Origin: an uncultured virus (IMG/VR IMGVR_UViG_3300029448_000016)
Lineage: Duplodnaviria; Heunggongvirae; Uroviricota; Caudoviricetes
Virus record (IMG/VR): IMGVR_UViG_3300029448_000016
Direction: 5' to 3' (one strand)
DNA length: 20,000 nucleotides
Shown: positions 6,910 to 15,832 of the stretch, one piece after another
Layout of the letters: every line of letters starts with the position of its first letter
Position numbering within the stretch: position 1 is the stretch's first letter
Notes under the pieces: model-generated
Seen by the model: the letters and a program-made list of their open reading frames with translations, nothing else
What the model was told of the DNA's origin: nothing
Databases searched by the model: none
Position numbers and translations under genes: made by a program

Positions 6910-6972
6910 GCTTTCTCACCTAAGCGCTTTCTCACCTAGGCTGCTTTCTCACCCCACGCGGGTTTCTCACCC
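6910..6972. repeat. four direct repeats of TTTCTCACC upstream of a TATA box
   Basis: Copies start at 6912, 6928, 6945, 6963 (spacing 16, 17, 18 bp). Confidence 0.8.
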
Positions 6973-7012
6973 ACGCAGGTTAAAATCCCTCGTTTTGAGG
7001 GCCATTAGGCAT

Positions 7013-7144
7013 TTATCTAAGTCTGATAAGACTATTTCTTAATGCTTTTGCATATGTTGATTTTGGTAAATTGATTTTACAATCTTCGTTTTGAAGTTTA
7101 TATTTCAATGCACTAATCACGGCTATTGATGTTTTGTTATCCAT
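7013..7144 (-). CDS. 43-aa hypothetical protein
   Basis: MDNKTSIAVISALKYKLQNEDCKINLPKSTYAKALRNSLIRLR; GGAGGT SD upstream. Confidence 0.65.
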   Translation of the reverse strand: MDNKTSIAVISALKYKLQNEDCKINLPKSTYAKALRNSLIRLR

Positions 7145-7213
7145 TTTAGTTACCTCCATGTTTGGGTTTGGGCTGAGAGAGCCGGAGCTCTCCCATACCC
7201 CCTAACACGGCCT

Positions 7214-7354
7214 TTATTGTTGGTCGTGTATTTGGTCTATGATGTTATGTAATATGTCTAACATATAACCATAAGTTATCACATCATTGTGTCCATATCG
7301 ATTCTTATTCATTTGGTCGATATCATACTTATTTAATTCTATTTCGAATTTCAC
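7214..7354 (-). CDS. 46-aa hypothetical protein (GTG start)
   Basis: MKFEIELNKYDIDQMNKNRYGHNDVITYGYMLDILHNIIDQIHDQQ; GGAGGTGA SD upstream; abuts the previous stop. Confidence 0.65.
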   Translation of the reverse strand: MKFEIELNKYDIDQMNKNRYGHNDVITYGYMLDILHNIIDQIHDQQ

Positions 7355-7597
7355 TTATTCACCTCCTTTTGTATTGATTCCTTCGTTTTTACCTGTCTCG
7401 AATTCTTTAACGATTGTTTGTAATCGCTCGATTACATGACGGCCGTATTTATTCAAATCATGACCCTTCATGCCGGCAGTATCTGAGAGATACATTAGTT
7501 GCCCCATTAAATGGTGTAATGCGTTGGATTCATGATAGTTCGACCTATTCATGTCAGTTGTTGCGTATGCCCTTTTCATATATGTTTTTACGTTCAT
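7355..7597 (-). CDS. hypothetical protein
   Basis: 80-aa ORF in the minus-strand gene run. Confidence 0.7.
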   Translation of the reverse strand: MNVKTYMKRAYATTDMNRSNYHESNALHHLMGQLMYLSDTAGMKGHDLNKYGRHVIERLQTIVKEFETGKNEGINTKGGE

Positions 7598-7666
7598 ATT
7601 TTTTTTCCTATATCAGTATTTGATATTTAGTGCCCTAGCTCCGGAGAGCTAAGGTCACCTATCAGT

Positions 7667-8002
7667 TTACTTATTACCCCCGTAAGTATAACCTTTGTTA
7701 CCTATACCGGCCATGCCTTGAAACTTTGGTTCTTTACCGTATTTCTTGACATGGTCCCAAACTAAGTTTGCTTCATGTGCTAAGCCCTCAAAAACATTAT
7801 CAAATTCAGCCATAACAATTAGGCTGATATCTTGACCCTTTTTAGGTCGGTGCTTAGATAGACGGCTTTGAGGGTCTGAGGTGATACCGTAATACACAGC
7901 TTCCTTAGTTGCCTCGCTACCGAAATCAGCATCTAGAAAATGATAGGATGTCTTTTCTTGCTGTTGGGCTAATCGATACACAAAATACTTTTGATTATTC
8001 AT
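7667..8002 (-). CDS. stand-alone GIY-YIG nuclease-like protein
   Basis: YFVYRL…VYYGITSDPQSRLSKH…LAHE: GIY/YIG-like strands, conserved Arg/His and downstream Glu. Confidence 0.7.
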   Translation of the reverse strand: MNNQKYFVYRLAQQQEKTSYHFLDADFGSEATKEAVYYGITSDPQSRLSKHRPKKGQDISLIVMAEFDNVFEGLAHEANLVWDHVKKYGKEPKFQGMAGIGNKGYTYGGNK

Positions 8003-8180
8003 TGAACTCCATGTAACAATCGAAACACATTTCTACGTTATGGCTCTCATGTGTAGCCTCAACTTTATCAGTGAACAACTCAAAACAAGGCTCACAAAAT
8101 ATCTCTATATCACTATTAGGTAGTGACTCCTCAAATCCTATTTGGATTAACTCGCTATCGGACAAATGGTTTTTTACCAT
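7995..8180 (-). CDS. 61-aa acidic zinc-finger protein, leaderless
   Basis: CEPC…H…CFDC; CTTTATAAG at 8201-8209 lies about 22 nt upstream. Confidence 0.7.
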   Translation of the reverse strand: MVKNHLSDSELIQIGFEESLPNSDIEIFCEPCFELFTDKVEATHESHNVEMCFDCYMEFNE

Positions 8181-8547
8181 ATACTCAGAATAGCAACCTA
8201 CTTATAAAGATTTTAGGTCAATCCGTGCTTAGCGTTTCACTTCCTAGCTACAAAATAGATACCGTTTTATGTTTATTTTTTCTCAGTTTCTCATTAAGTA
8301 TATTCTCAGTTTGTCAGCATGTGCCCCCGTCTAAAAAGAAAGGCCGCATCCTCTATTATCGTCGACTACCCCTAAAAACAAATCGAGTGAAATTTTGAAA
8401 GTCATTATATAGCTCTATATAGGTATAGTAGATAAGCTACTACTAACAACAATAATGAGCTCTATAAAGCACTCCTCAGTTCAGGGACAGAAAGCCTTAT
8501 ATACTGTCAAAGGTTAAAATTATTACCAAAAGGAGAAACTAACTTCA

Positions 8548-9042
8548 ATGACAACAAAAACGCAAAATTCCATTAAGTGGATATGTAATGAAATCAGGGA
8601 TTTGCTATTAGCCAAGAACAAAGCATATGGCGATAGTGCATTAGAACCTGACAACATTTTTAGTAAGCTCGACTCAGCACAGGCTATCTGTGCACGAATC
8701 GACGACAAGCTCAGCAGGATAAAGAATGTAGGGCTTGATGACAAAACAGAGGACACCCTTGATGACCTCATAGGATATTTAATCTTACTCAAAATCGCGA
8801 GGAGCAATGCGACAGCAAGAGCGACAGTATTCACTACGTGTAATTGCGAACATGGGTGGCATAATTGTACATGCAAAGTAGAGCTTAATACTAATGGTGA
8901 TGGTACCTTTGCTGACTATAGCGAAGGTTACGCTCCCCCGTGGAGCCATGAGGTACCTAGGGATGTTAGGGTGTTCGTTAGTGACCCCGGAGATGAGATG
9001 ACTTCAATAAAAAAGAAGTCGGAGATGTGCGATAATGACTGA
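8548..9042 (+). CDS. DUF1599-like / nucleotide-modification-associated (MazG-like fold) protein with C-terminal Cys/His extension
   Basis: KNKAYGDS…RIDDKLSRI…EDTLDDLIGYLIL; tail CNCEHGWHNCTC; TATA 8497-8503, AAGGAG SD. Confidence 0.7.
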   Translation: MTTKTQNSIKWICNEIRDLLLAKNKAYGDSALEPDNIFSKLDSAQAICARIDDKLSRIKNVGLDDKTEDTLDDLIGYLILLKIARSNATARATVFTTCNCEHGWHNCTCKVELNTNGDGTFADYSEGYAPPWSHEVPRDVRVFVSDPGDEMTSIKKKSEMCDND

Positions 9043-9169
9043 TGGTAAGAAATGGAGAACTCGTGTTGAGAAGAAGATTGAGAAACTCGAAGCTAAGCTT
9101 GCAGAGTTACACGCTCGCAAATTAGAGCTTAGTATCAAGTTAAAGAAATGGAAAGGTAGATTATTATGA
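9035..9169 (+). CDS. 44-aa basic coiled-coil peptide
   Basis: MTDGKKWRTRVEKKIEKLEAKLAELHARKLELSIKLKKWKGRLL; overlaps the previous stop. Confidence 0.6.
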   Translation: MTDGKKWRTRVEKKIEKLEAKLAELHARKLELSIKLKKWKGRLL

Positions 9170-9207
9170 GTGAAGTAAAAAGAGCAGTGACAAGTAGAGC
9201 TTAATAC

Positions 9208-10212
9208 ATGAAGAAGACAATTTTAATAACCGGAGTAGCAGGATTGCTAGGCTCCCGATTAGCTGATTGGCTGATAGAGAATACAGAGCACGATGTAATA
9301 GGCGTTGATGACCTTAGTGGTGGATACTTAGAAAACGTTAACCACTTCGTTGACTTCTATAGCTTTGATTTAAAAGAATTAAAGTACGTGGATAATATGT
9401 TTGAAGAGAATAAGATAGATATTGTTTATCACATGGCTGCTTACGCAGCAGAAGGCCTTAGTCCGTTTATGAGGAAACATAACTATGAGAATAACTTGAT
9501 AGCATCTACTAATCTAATTACAAATAGTATTAAACATAATGTAGAACGCTTTGTGTTTACTTCTTCGATGGCTGTGTATGGAGATAAACATACTCCACCA
9601 TTCCACGAAGATTTACTACCCTCCCCGATTGACCCTTATGGTATAGCTAAACTCGCTGTAGAACAAGACTTAGAAGTAGCTCGCCGTCAACACGGCCTAA
9701 ATTATACAGTGGTTCGGCCACATAACTTTTATGGACGAAACCAAAATATCTGGGACAGATATAGGAACGTACTAGGGATATGGATGTATCAGATTATGAA
9801 TAACATACCTCCTACAATATTTGGTGATGGTAAGCAAAAGAGAGCGTTTAGTTATATAGATGATGCTCTTGAACCACTTTGGAAAGCATCACAATCAGAT
9901 GAGTGTATAGGAGAAACAATCAACCTAGGTGGTGTCAAAGAATACACTATCAATGAAGCTTGTAATATTTTATTAGAGGTAACAGGAACAGATTTAAAAC
10001 CAGTACACCTAGAACCACGGCATGAAACTAAATATGCGTGGTCTACATGGGACAAGTCAGTAGAACTATTAGATTTCAAACACAATATAGATTTAGAAGA
10101 AGGTTTAACTAAGATGTGGGAATGGGCACAGAATGCACCAGAACATAAAAGAAAAGAATGGAAGAACTTTGAATTAGATAAAGACATATATAACTTCTGG
10201 GAGAAACAATGA
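9208..10212 (+). CDS. NAD-dependent NDP-sugar epimerase/dehydratase (extended SDR, GalE-like)
   Basis: ITGVAGLLG, DDLSGG, FTSSMAVYG, YGIAK, IFGDGKQKRAFSYIDD. Confidence 0.92.
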   Translation: MKKTILITGVAGLLGSRLADWLIENTEHDVIGVDDLSGGYLENVNHFVDFYSFDLKELKYVDNMFEENKIDIVYHMAAYAAEGLSPFMRKHNYENNLIASTNLITNSIKHNVERFVFTSSMAVYGDKHTPPFHEDLLPSPIDPYGIAKLAVEQDLEVARRQHGLNYTVVRPHNFYGRNQNIWDRYRNVLGIWMYQIMNNIPPTIFGDGKQKRAFSYIDDALEPLWKASQSDECIGETINLGGVKEYTINEACNILLEVTGTDLKPVHLEPRHETKYAWSTWDKSVELLDFKHNIDLEEGLTKMWEWAQNAPEHKRKEWKNFELDKDIYNFWEKQ

Positions 10213-10760
10213 AAGTACCACCTAGTACCGTAGACCACAACCCTACAGATGGTAATACACCATTTCTTTGGACACACCCTCGTAATCACGAGTTTATTAG
10301 TCTTATACCTAGAAGCCCATACTTCATTAAGATAGCTACAATAATACGTAGTACTCCAGACCACGAATGGACAATAGACCAATGTGTAGAGAATGCACAT
10401 TCTATATCAGAACAAGTAATAGTACTAGATGACACACCACATAACGAAGGTATAAAACATATCGAAAAAGATATAAAGTGGGTATTGTTCTTAGATGGAG
10501 ATGAAGTTATAGACACAGAACTGTTTGGTAACTTTTTAAATGACCCAGAGACTTACAACTACGCTATGTATCAATTCGCTAGTGTAGGTTCTGTTTTGAT
10601 AAGAAAAGAATTTGCTAACATGAATACCTCTATATCATCAATAGATGATTGTAGATATCAATTACATTTGTGTAGGTATTGTTCTAACTTCCAATCAAAG
10701 AGTGGACACCTCTATGAAGTGCAATACAACGATGAACCAATGATAAGGAGAATAAAATGA
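10209..10760 (+). CDS. short/divergent glycosyltransferase family 2-like protein
   Basis: VIVLDD and WVLFLDGDE (DxD) motifs; only 183 aa. Confidence 0.55.
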   Translation: MKVPPSTVDHNPTDGNTPFLWTHPRNHEFISLIPRSPYFIKIATIIRSTPDHEWTIDQCVENAHSISEQVIVLDDTPHNEGIKHIEKDIKWVLFLDGDEVIDTELFGNFLNDPETYNYAMYQFASVGSVLIRKEFANMNTSISSIDDCRYQLHLCRYCSNFQSKSGHLYEVQYNDEPMIRRIK

Positions 10761-11650
10761 AAGAAGACCCAGCAATAGAACATGAGAATGTACACACCTA
10801 TTATGATAATAAAAGGAGTGCAGAGAATAAAATACCTGTATTAGGAACTTTAGTAGTACGACAACCTAAATGGGTAAGACAACAAATAGAAAGCGTAGAC
10901 TTTCCAGTAAAGAACTATATTATATTTAATAATAATGGTAAAGGAGAAATAACAGAAGAGCTAGATAAATTAGTTACCGAACACCAAGATAATAAATTTA
11001 TAGATAATCTTCAAGTATGTCACCTTCCATGCAACATAGGTATAGCAGGTGGATGGAACCTAATAATCAAATCATTTATGATGGAACCATATTGGTTGAT
11101 TGCTAATGATGATGTTTCTTTTGGTAGTGGATTCCTCGCAGAGATGTGCGATAAAGCTAAAGACCAAGAAGTTGGAATGATTCATGGGTTTGAAGGTGAC
11201 TTTACAGGAATAGGTAGTTGGAATGTATTTTTATTAAAGGACTGGGTAGTACAACAAATAGGATTGTTTGATGAAAACTTTTACCCAGCTTATTGTGAAG
11301 ATAGTGATTATATAATGCGTATCTTTTTGAGAGAACGTAACATAGGTGGTTCCCCTATAAAACGTATCATGTCTTTAGATAGCACCTACTACCATGGTGG
11401 TGGTGATTCTAAACAAGACAAAGATGAATACTACGAATATGGTATGCAGACTAGTCAAGGAGATGATGAGATTAGAAGAAAGTTAGAATTCTCTAATGTT
11501 ATAAATTTCGAATACATGGAACAGAAATGGGGGCCATGGTGGAGAACTTGTTGGCCATGGGGTAATGGTCCATTTGACAATAAAGATTTACCTTTGTCCC
11601 ACACAACATACGATTTACAATTTGTAAGAAAAAAGAATACGGGGTTTTAA
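10757..11650 (+). CDS. glycosyltransferase family 2-like protein
   Basis: NIGIAGGWN, WLIANDDV, IGLFDENFYPAYCEDSDY. Confidence 0.8.
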   Translation: MKEDPAIEHENVHTYYDNKRSAENKIPVLGTLVVRQPKWVRQQIESVDFPVKNYIIFNNNGKGEITEELDKLVTEHQDNKFIDNLQVCHLPCNIGIAGGWNLIIKSFMMEPYWLIANDDVSFGSGFLAEMCDKAKDQEVGMIHGFEGDFTGIGSWNVFLLKDWVVQQIGLFDENFYPAYCEDSDYIMRIFLRERNIGGSPIKRIMSLDSTYYHGGGDSKQDKDEYYEYGMQTSQGDDEIRRKLEFSNVINFEYMEQKWGPWWRTCWPWGNGPFDNKDLPLSHTTYDLQFVRKKNTGF

Positions 11651-11651
11651 G

Positions 11652-12695
11652 ATGACAATAAAAATGCAAGATTTATGTACAACATCAATAGTTAAAGACG
11701 CAGGTAAAGAAGGAGCACTCACAGCACTCATTATAGATGCTGAACTTACAAATGGTTTAGGATTAATGAATCCTACAATATTAAAAGATAATAACGATTG
11801 GATAACTAATGTAAGAAGTGTATCTTATACATTACATCATTGTGACCCACCTAATCCAGAAGGTAGCGAACAAGATGGTAGATTTCAAACACCATGGGGT
11901 CCATTGAACTATGTTCGCCCAGATGACGACCCATATCTTAGAACAGATAATTATATAGGATATCTTAATGAAGGCAAAGGAATAGAAGGATATCACAAAA
12001 TAGATACTACTAGGTTTCCTAAAATGCCTGATTGGGATTTTATAGGACATGAAGATGGTAGATTAATGAAATGGGATGGTCAACTATGGTTTGCAGGAGT
12101 AAGGAGACATGCCCCAGATGGTAAAGGTAGAATGCAAATGTCTAACATTCAACTAACACCCACAGGAGCATATGAGTTAGAAAGACACATAATAGAAGTA
12201 GAAGACAAACAATCTTATTGTGAAAAGAACTGGATGCCTATTCTTGATATGCCATATCATTTTGTTAAGTGGATGAATCCTTTAGAGATAGTAAAAGTAG
12301 ACCTTCTTGAAAATAAAGCTACTCAAACAAAATTAGGAGATACATTACCTTTTGATAATTTAGACTTAAGAGGTGGTTCACAAGTAGTACCCTATAAAGA
12401 TTATAGAATAGCTATTACGCATGAAGTAGATGGGTGGGTATCTGAAAGAGGCGACCGCGAAGGTCATTACAACCACAGACTTGTAATATGGGATAAAGAT
12501 TGGAATATAGTCTCAGTATCTAAACCATGGAAATTTATGCATGGTAAAATAGAATTTTGTTGTGGATTAGCAATAGAAGGTGACACCCTACATATAACAT
12601 TTGGATATCAAGATAACTCAGCTTATTTATTTAGAGTACCTTTTGATTTTATGAACAACTTACCTAAGGAGGAAGCTTATGAAAGAAGTAATTAG
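11652..12695 (+). CDS. five-bladed beta-propeller glycoside hydrolase/phosphorylase-like (GH130-like) protein
   Basis: NPTI, EDGRL, EKNWMP, LRGGS, IEFCCGL, TFGYQD motifs. Confidence 0.7.
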   Translation: MTIKMQDLCTTSIVKDAGKEGALTALIIDAELTNGLGLMNPTILKDNNDWITNVRSVSYTLHHCDPPNPEGSEQDGRFQTPWGPLNYVRPDDDPYLRTDNYIGYLNEGKGIEGYHKIDTTRFPKMPDWDFIGHEDGRLMKWDGQLWFAGVRRHAPDGKGRMQMSNIQLTPTGAYELERHIIEVEDKQSYCEKNWMPILDMPYHFVKWMNPLEIVKVDLLENKATQTKLGDTLPFDNLDLRGGSQVVPYKDYRIAITHEVDGWVSERGDREGHYNHRLVIWDKDWNIVSVSKPWKFMHGKIEFCCGLAIEGDTLHITFGYQDNSAYLFRVPFDFMNNLPKEEAYERSN

Positions 12696-13392
12696 ACCTA
12701 CATACGCAGAACTAGAACAACAAGTCAAAGAACTACAAACAGAGTTAGATTCGAGACCTGAAATAACATTTCATCCTGTTGCTCACTTTACTAATCTTTA
12801 TCCTTATATCAATAACCCTACACCACAGAATATGTTTGCTTTAGGTTTAGAATATGAAAAGATGGGACAAACAGCATCTGCCATAGGATATTATCATCAA
12901 TGTGCTGAAAGAGCTGTTGATAATAATTTATTAACCTACGAAGCTTTGATAAGGATGTCTTTATGTTATGAAAAGCAAGGTGGTAGAAAAGCACACGAAA
13001 AATTAGCATTACAACATGCGATAGGAGTTATACCAAATAGACCTGAAGCATATTACTTCTTAAGTAGTTTGTATGAAAGACAAGGTGCAGAAGATAATCA
13101 TGAGAGATGGTTTGATTCATATGGGGTAGCTTGTATGGGTGAAAGCCATGAGTTTAATCTAGCAACTAAGATTCCAGATTTACAACCATTACAAACCGAC
13201 ACAGGTTATTATGGAGTACACGGTTGTACATTCCAAAAAGCCGTAGCACTGTGGTGGATAGGAAGAGGTGACGATGCTCGTAAGTTATTTGCAGAACTAG
13301 ATAAAAGGAATGACTTTCCTAGTAACATAAGAGAACTCATTACTAGCAATATAAAAATGTTAAAATCAAACGAAGGGAGACAACCAGAATGA
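12679..13392 (+). CDS. TPR-repeat protein
   Basis: FALGLEYEKMGQTASAIGYY, PNRPEAYYFLS helical repeats. Confidence 0.75.
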   Translation: MKEVIRPTYAELEQQVKELQTELDSRPEITFHPVAHFTNLYPYINNPTPQNMFALGLEYEKMGQTASAIGYYHQCAERAVDNNLLTYEALIRMSLCYEKQGGRKAHEKLALQHAIGVIPNRPEAYYFLSSLYERQGAEDNHERWFDSYGVACMGESHEFNLATKIPDLQPLQTDTGYYGVHGCTFQKAVALWWIGRGDDARKLFAELDKRNDFPSNIRELITSNIKMLKSNEGRQPE

Positions 13393-14036
13393 AACTAATA
13401 GATAACAAATTCTATATACCAGATAATATGGAACAATACTTAGGTGACAACAACGCGTTACCTGAAGAGTTAGTTATTGAATGGTGTAAAAATAATATTA
13501 AGGACACAGAAAAATTTATAGATATAGGAGCTCATGTAGGAACATACGCATGGTCAGTTGCTCCATATTGTAAGGAAGTTATTGCTTTTGAGCCAACACG
13601 TCATAATTACAACATGATGTGTGCAAATATAGCATTAGCAAATTTATCACACAAAATACAAACACACAACATAGGTTTATCTTCTGAAGATACATACCTA
13701 ACTTTTCACGAAAGAGATAGTGATGGTGGTACAAACGGATTTGATACACCATACTTAGGAGAAGGAAACACACAGAGATTACAAGTAAAACAGTTAGATA
13801 GTTTTATAATAGAAGATATAGGACTAATCAAAATAGATGTAGAAGGGCATGAGCTAGAAGTATTGAAAGGAGCTATAAGAACTTTACAAATGAATGGTTT
13901 TCCACCAATATTATTTGAATGTTGGGATATACCAGAATTAAAAGAACCACTATGGAATTATTTAAATTCTATGGGTTATAGTATTTCTAATGCATCATCA
14001 GAAGAAATGTATATAGCATACAAGGAGAATAAATGA
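13389..14036 (+). CDS. FkbM-family SAM-dependent methyltransferase
   Basis: FIDIGAHVG, IAFEP, LIKIDVEGHELEVLKGA, ILFE. Confidence 0.92.
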   Translation: MKLIDNKFYIPDNMEQYLGDNNALPEELVIEWCKNNIKDTEKFIDIGAHVGTYAWSVAPYCKEVIAFEPTRHNYNMMCANIALANLSHKIQTHNIGLSSEDTYLTFHERDSDGGTNGFDTPYLGEGNTQRLQVKQLDSFIIEDIGLIKIDVEGHELEVLKGAIRTLQMNGFPPILFECWDIPELKEPLWNYLNSMGYSISNASSEEMYIAYKENK

Positions 14037-14824
14037 ACGACGAATTTTATAAGAAAGAATACGACTCTGAGGGTTGTAAGTTGCCTAGACAAATTATGGC
14101 AGCAGAAACTAGAACGCCATCTATTGTGGTTGTAGACCATTTTTACAATGACCCTGATGAAGTAAGAAACTGGGCAATAGGAGAAGGTCATTTCCAAGAA
14201 CCCGGCAGTCATGGTGCTGTAGGATATAGATGTGAACAAGAACGTAAATTTTTTAGTAATGCTAAAGAATGTATAGAAAATGTTATGAATGGTAAAGTAA
14301 TAGAAGGAAGCGAAGAAGGAGGTTGGGAATATCCTACTAACGGATGTTTTCAATGGTGTCCAGCTGGTACACCTGTTGCATACCACAGTGATAGCCAACA
14401 GTATGCAGGTGTTTTATTTTTAACACCAGACGCACCACATGACACAGGAACTTCACTCTATAAGCACAAAGACACAGGTATAGACTATTTACCACAAACA
14501 GAAGAAGAATGTCAGAAATACTTTGGTTGCTCATGGCAAGAATTACACAATGCTGTATTTGGTAAGTATCACGGTAAACTAGGAACACCAGACCCTAATC
14601 CACCTAACAACCCAGATATGTTATTGAGAACATACGAATCTAATTACTTAGATGGTACTCAGTTCGAAGAAACTGATAGAGTAGCTAATATATACAATAG
14701 ACTAGTAATCTTTGATGCTAGAAAAATACATTCAGCTACAGCGTACTTTGGAGATAATATACACAACAGTAGATTATTTCAATTATTCTTTTTTAATTTA
14801 GAAAAAGAGGAGGACAAGTTATGA
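14033..14824 (+). CDS. 2OG-Fe(II) oxygenase (DUF6445-like)
   Basis: VVDHFYNDPDEVR, HSD, GVLFLTP, GTSLY, YNRLVIFDARKIHSA, RLFQLFF. Confidence 0.85.
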   Translation: MNDEFYKKEYDSEGCKLPRQIMAAETRTPSIVVVDHFYNDPDEVRNWAIGEGHFQEPGSHGAVGYRCEQERKFFSNAKECIENVMNGKVIEGSEEGGWEYPTNGCFQWCPAGTPVAYHSDSQQYAGVLFLTPDAPHDTGTSLYKHKDTGIDYLPQTEEECQKYFGCSWQELHNAVFGKYHGKLGTPDPNPPNNPDMLLRTYESNYLDGTQFEETDRVANIYNRLVIFDARKIHSATAYFGDNIHNSRLFQLFFFNLEKEEDKL

Positions 14825-15795
14825 GTGAAGAAAAATGGACAGCAAGTCATATGAGACTAAGCCCGAGTAAGATTAATACTTACTTAAAGTGCCCGAGAGA
14901 GTTTTACTATAATTATATAGCTAAACTACCTCAGAAGAAAACCATACACCTATTCAGAGGTACATTGGTGCACCAAGTATTGGAAGACCTATTTAAAAAA
15001 CAATTCCGTACTTTACCACAATGGGAGAAAGGAGTACCTAAAGCTTGGGTACAAGAACAGTTTGAAACTGGTTGGGAAGAAAAGATAGCTAAACATAAAT
15101 GGTTATGGGACGTACACACCAATCAAGAAATGGATTCTATGTATACTGAGACAGAAGCTCTATTACAAAACTTCGTTGACTCAGTTGATAAGAAGTTAAC
15201 AGAAATGGTAGATTGGAAGATATTCAAAAACAAGCAACAAGCTTGGAATGCAGTAGCACCTAAATATGCTGAGAAGTGGGTTAAGTCTAAAGAATATGCA
15301 ATAGTAGGAGTTATCGATGTTGTTTGTAATGATTTCGATGGTGGTACCACATTGTTAGATTACAAGACGAGTAAGCGCTACGGAGCATACTTACCAGAAG
15401 AATACTATCGTCAACTAATTATCTACGCTTTTCTATACACATTAGAGATGGGAGAGATGCCTAATTTTGTAGGCGTTAATTACCTACGCTTTGATGATAC
15501 CTTCTTTGTTAAAGTTAATCAACAAGTTCTTGATGAAGCTAAAGACTTAATTAAGATGGTACACGACTGTATAAAGGAACGCGAAGAGTACGAAGATAGA
15601 TATGAGCAAAAGCCTCAGAACTTATGTAAGTGGTGCTCGTTCTATAAAGGTAACGGCGGCCCTTGCGATGTAGAGCTTCCTAAGTGGAAACCTAAGTTCT
15701 CTAAGCGTAAAAAGGAAAATTACGCTGATGTGAGTAACACGTTAAAAGGTACCCTTGATATAGAGAGTCAATCTCAATTTCCTGACTTCGATTAG
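14821..15795 (+). CDS. PD-(D/E)XK nuclease, Cas4/RecB/AddB-like with probable Fe-S cluster
   Basis: LSPSKINTYLKCPR, GTLVH, GVID, LDYKT, QLIIYA, CKWC…C. Confidence 0.88.
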   Translation: MSEEKWTASHMRLSPSKINTYLKCPREFYYNYIAKLPQKKTIHLFRGTLVHQVLEDLFKKQFRTLPQWEKGVPKAWVQEQFETGWEEKIAKHKWLWDVHTNQEMDSMYTETEALLQNFVDSVDKKLTEMVDWKIFKNKQQAWNAVAPKYAEKWVKSKEYAIVGVIDVVCNDFDGGTTLLDYKTSKRYGAYLPEEYYRQLIIYAFLYTLEMGEMPNFVGVNYLRFDDTFFVKVNQQVLDEAKDLIKMVHDCIKEREEYEDRYEQKPQNLCKWCSFYKGNGGPCDVELPKWKPKFSKRKKENYADVSNTLKGTLDIESQSQFPDFD

Positions 15796-15810
15796 GGTAA
15801 TCTTTAAATA
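15796..15810 (+). promoter_or_regulatory. putative late promoter GGTAATCTTTAAATA
   Basis: 14/15 identical to 18828-18842; 23 nt upstream of ATG 15833. Confidence 0.7.
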
Positions 15811-15832
15811 GTAGCGTCATGTAAAATAATAC

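Noticed and set aside
7667..8002. GIY-YIG protein as an intron-encoded homing endonuclease or the cassette mobiliser
   Set aside because: No intron context or DNA-binding extension, and nothing in the sequence links it to the repeats.
821..8398. Plus-strand track ORFs in the left arm (821, 2289, 2763, 3809, 3931, 5698, 5741, 6357, 7414, 8123)
   Set aside because: Antisense shadows of better-supported minus-strand genes or RNAs, with no promoter or SD support.
9166..9204. 12-aa ORF MSEVKRAVTSRA
   Set aside because: ATGA-coupled but too short to support from sequence alone.
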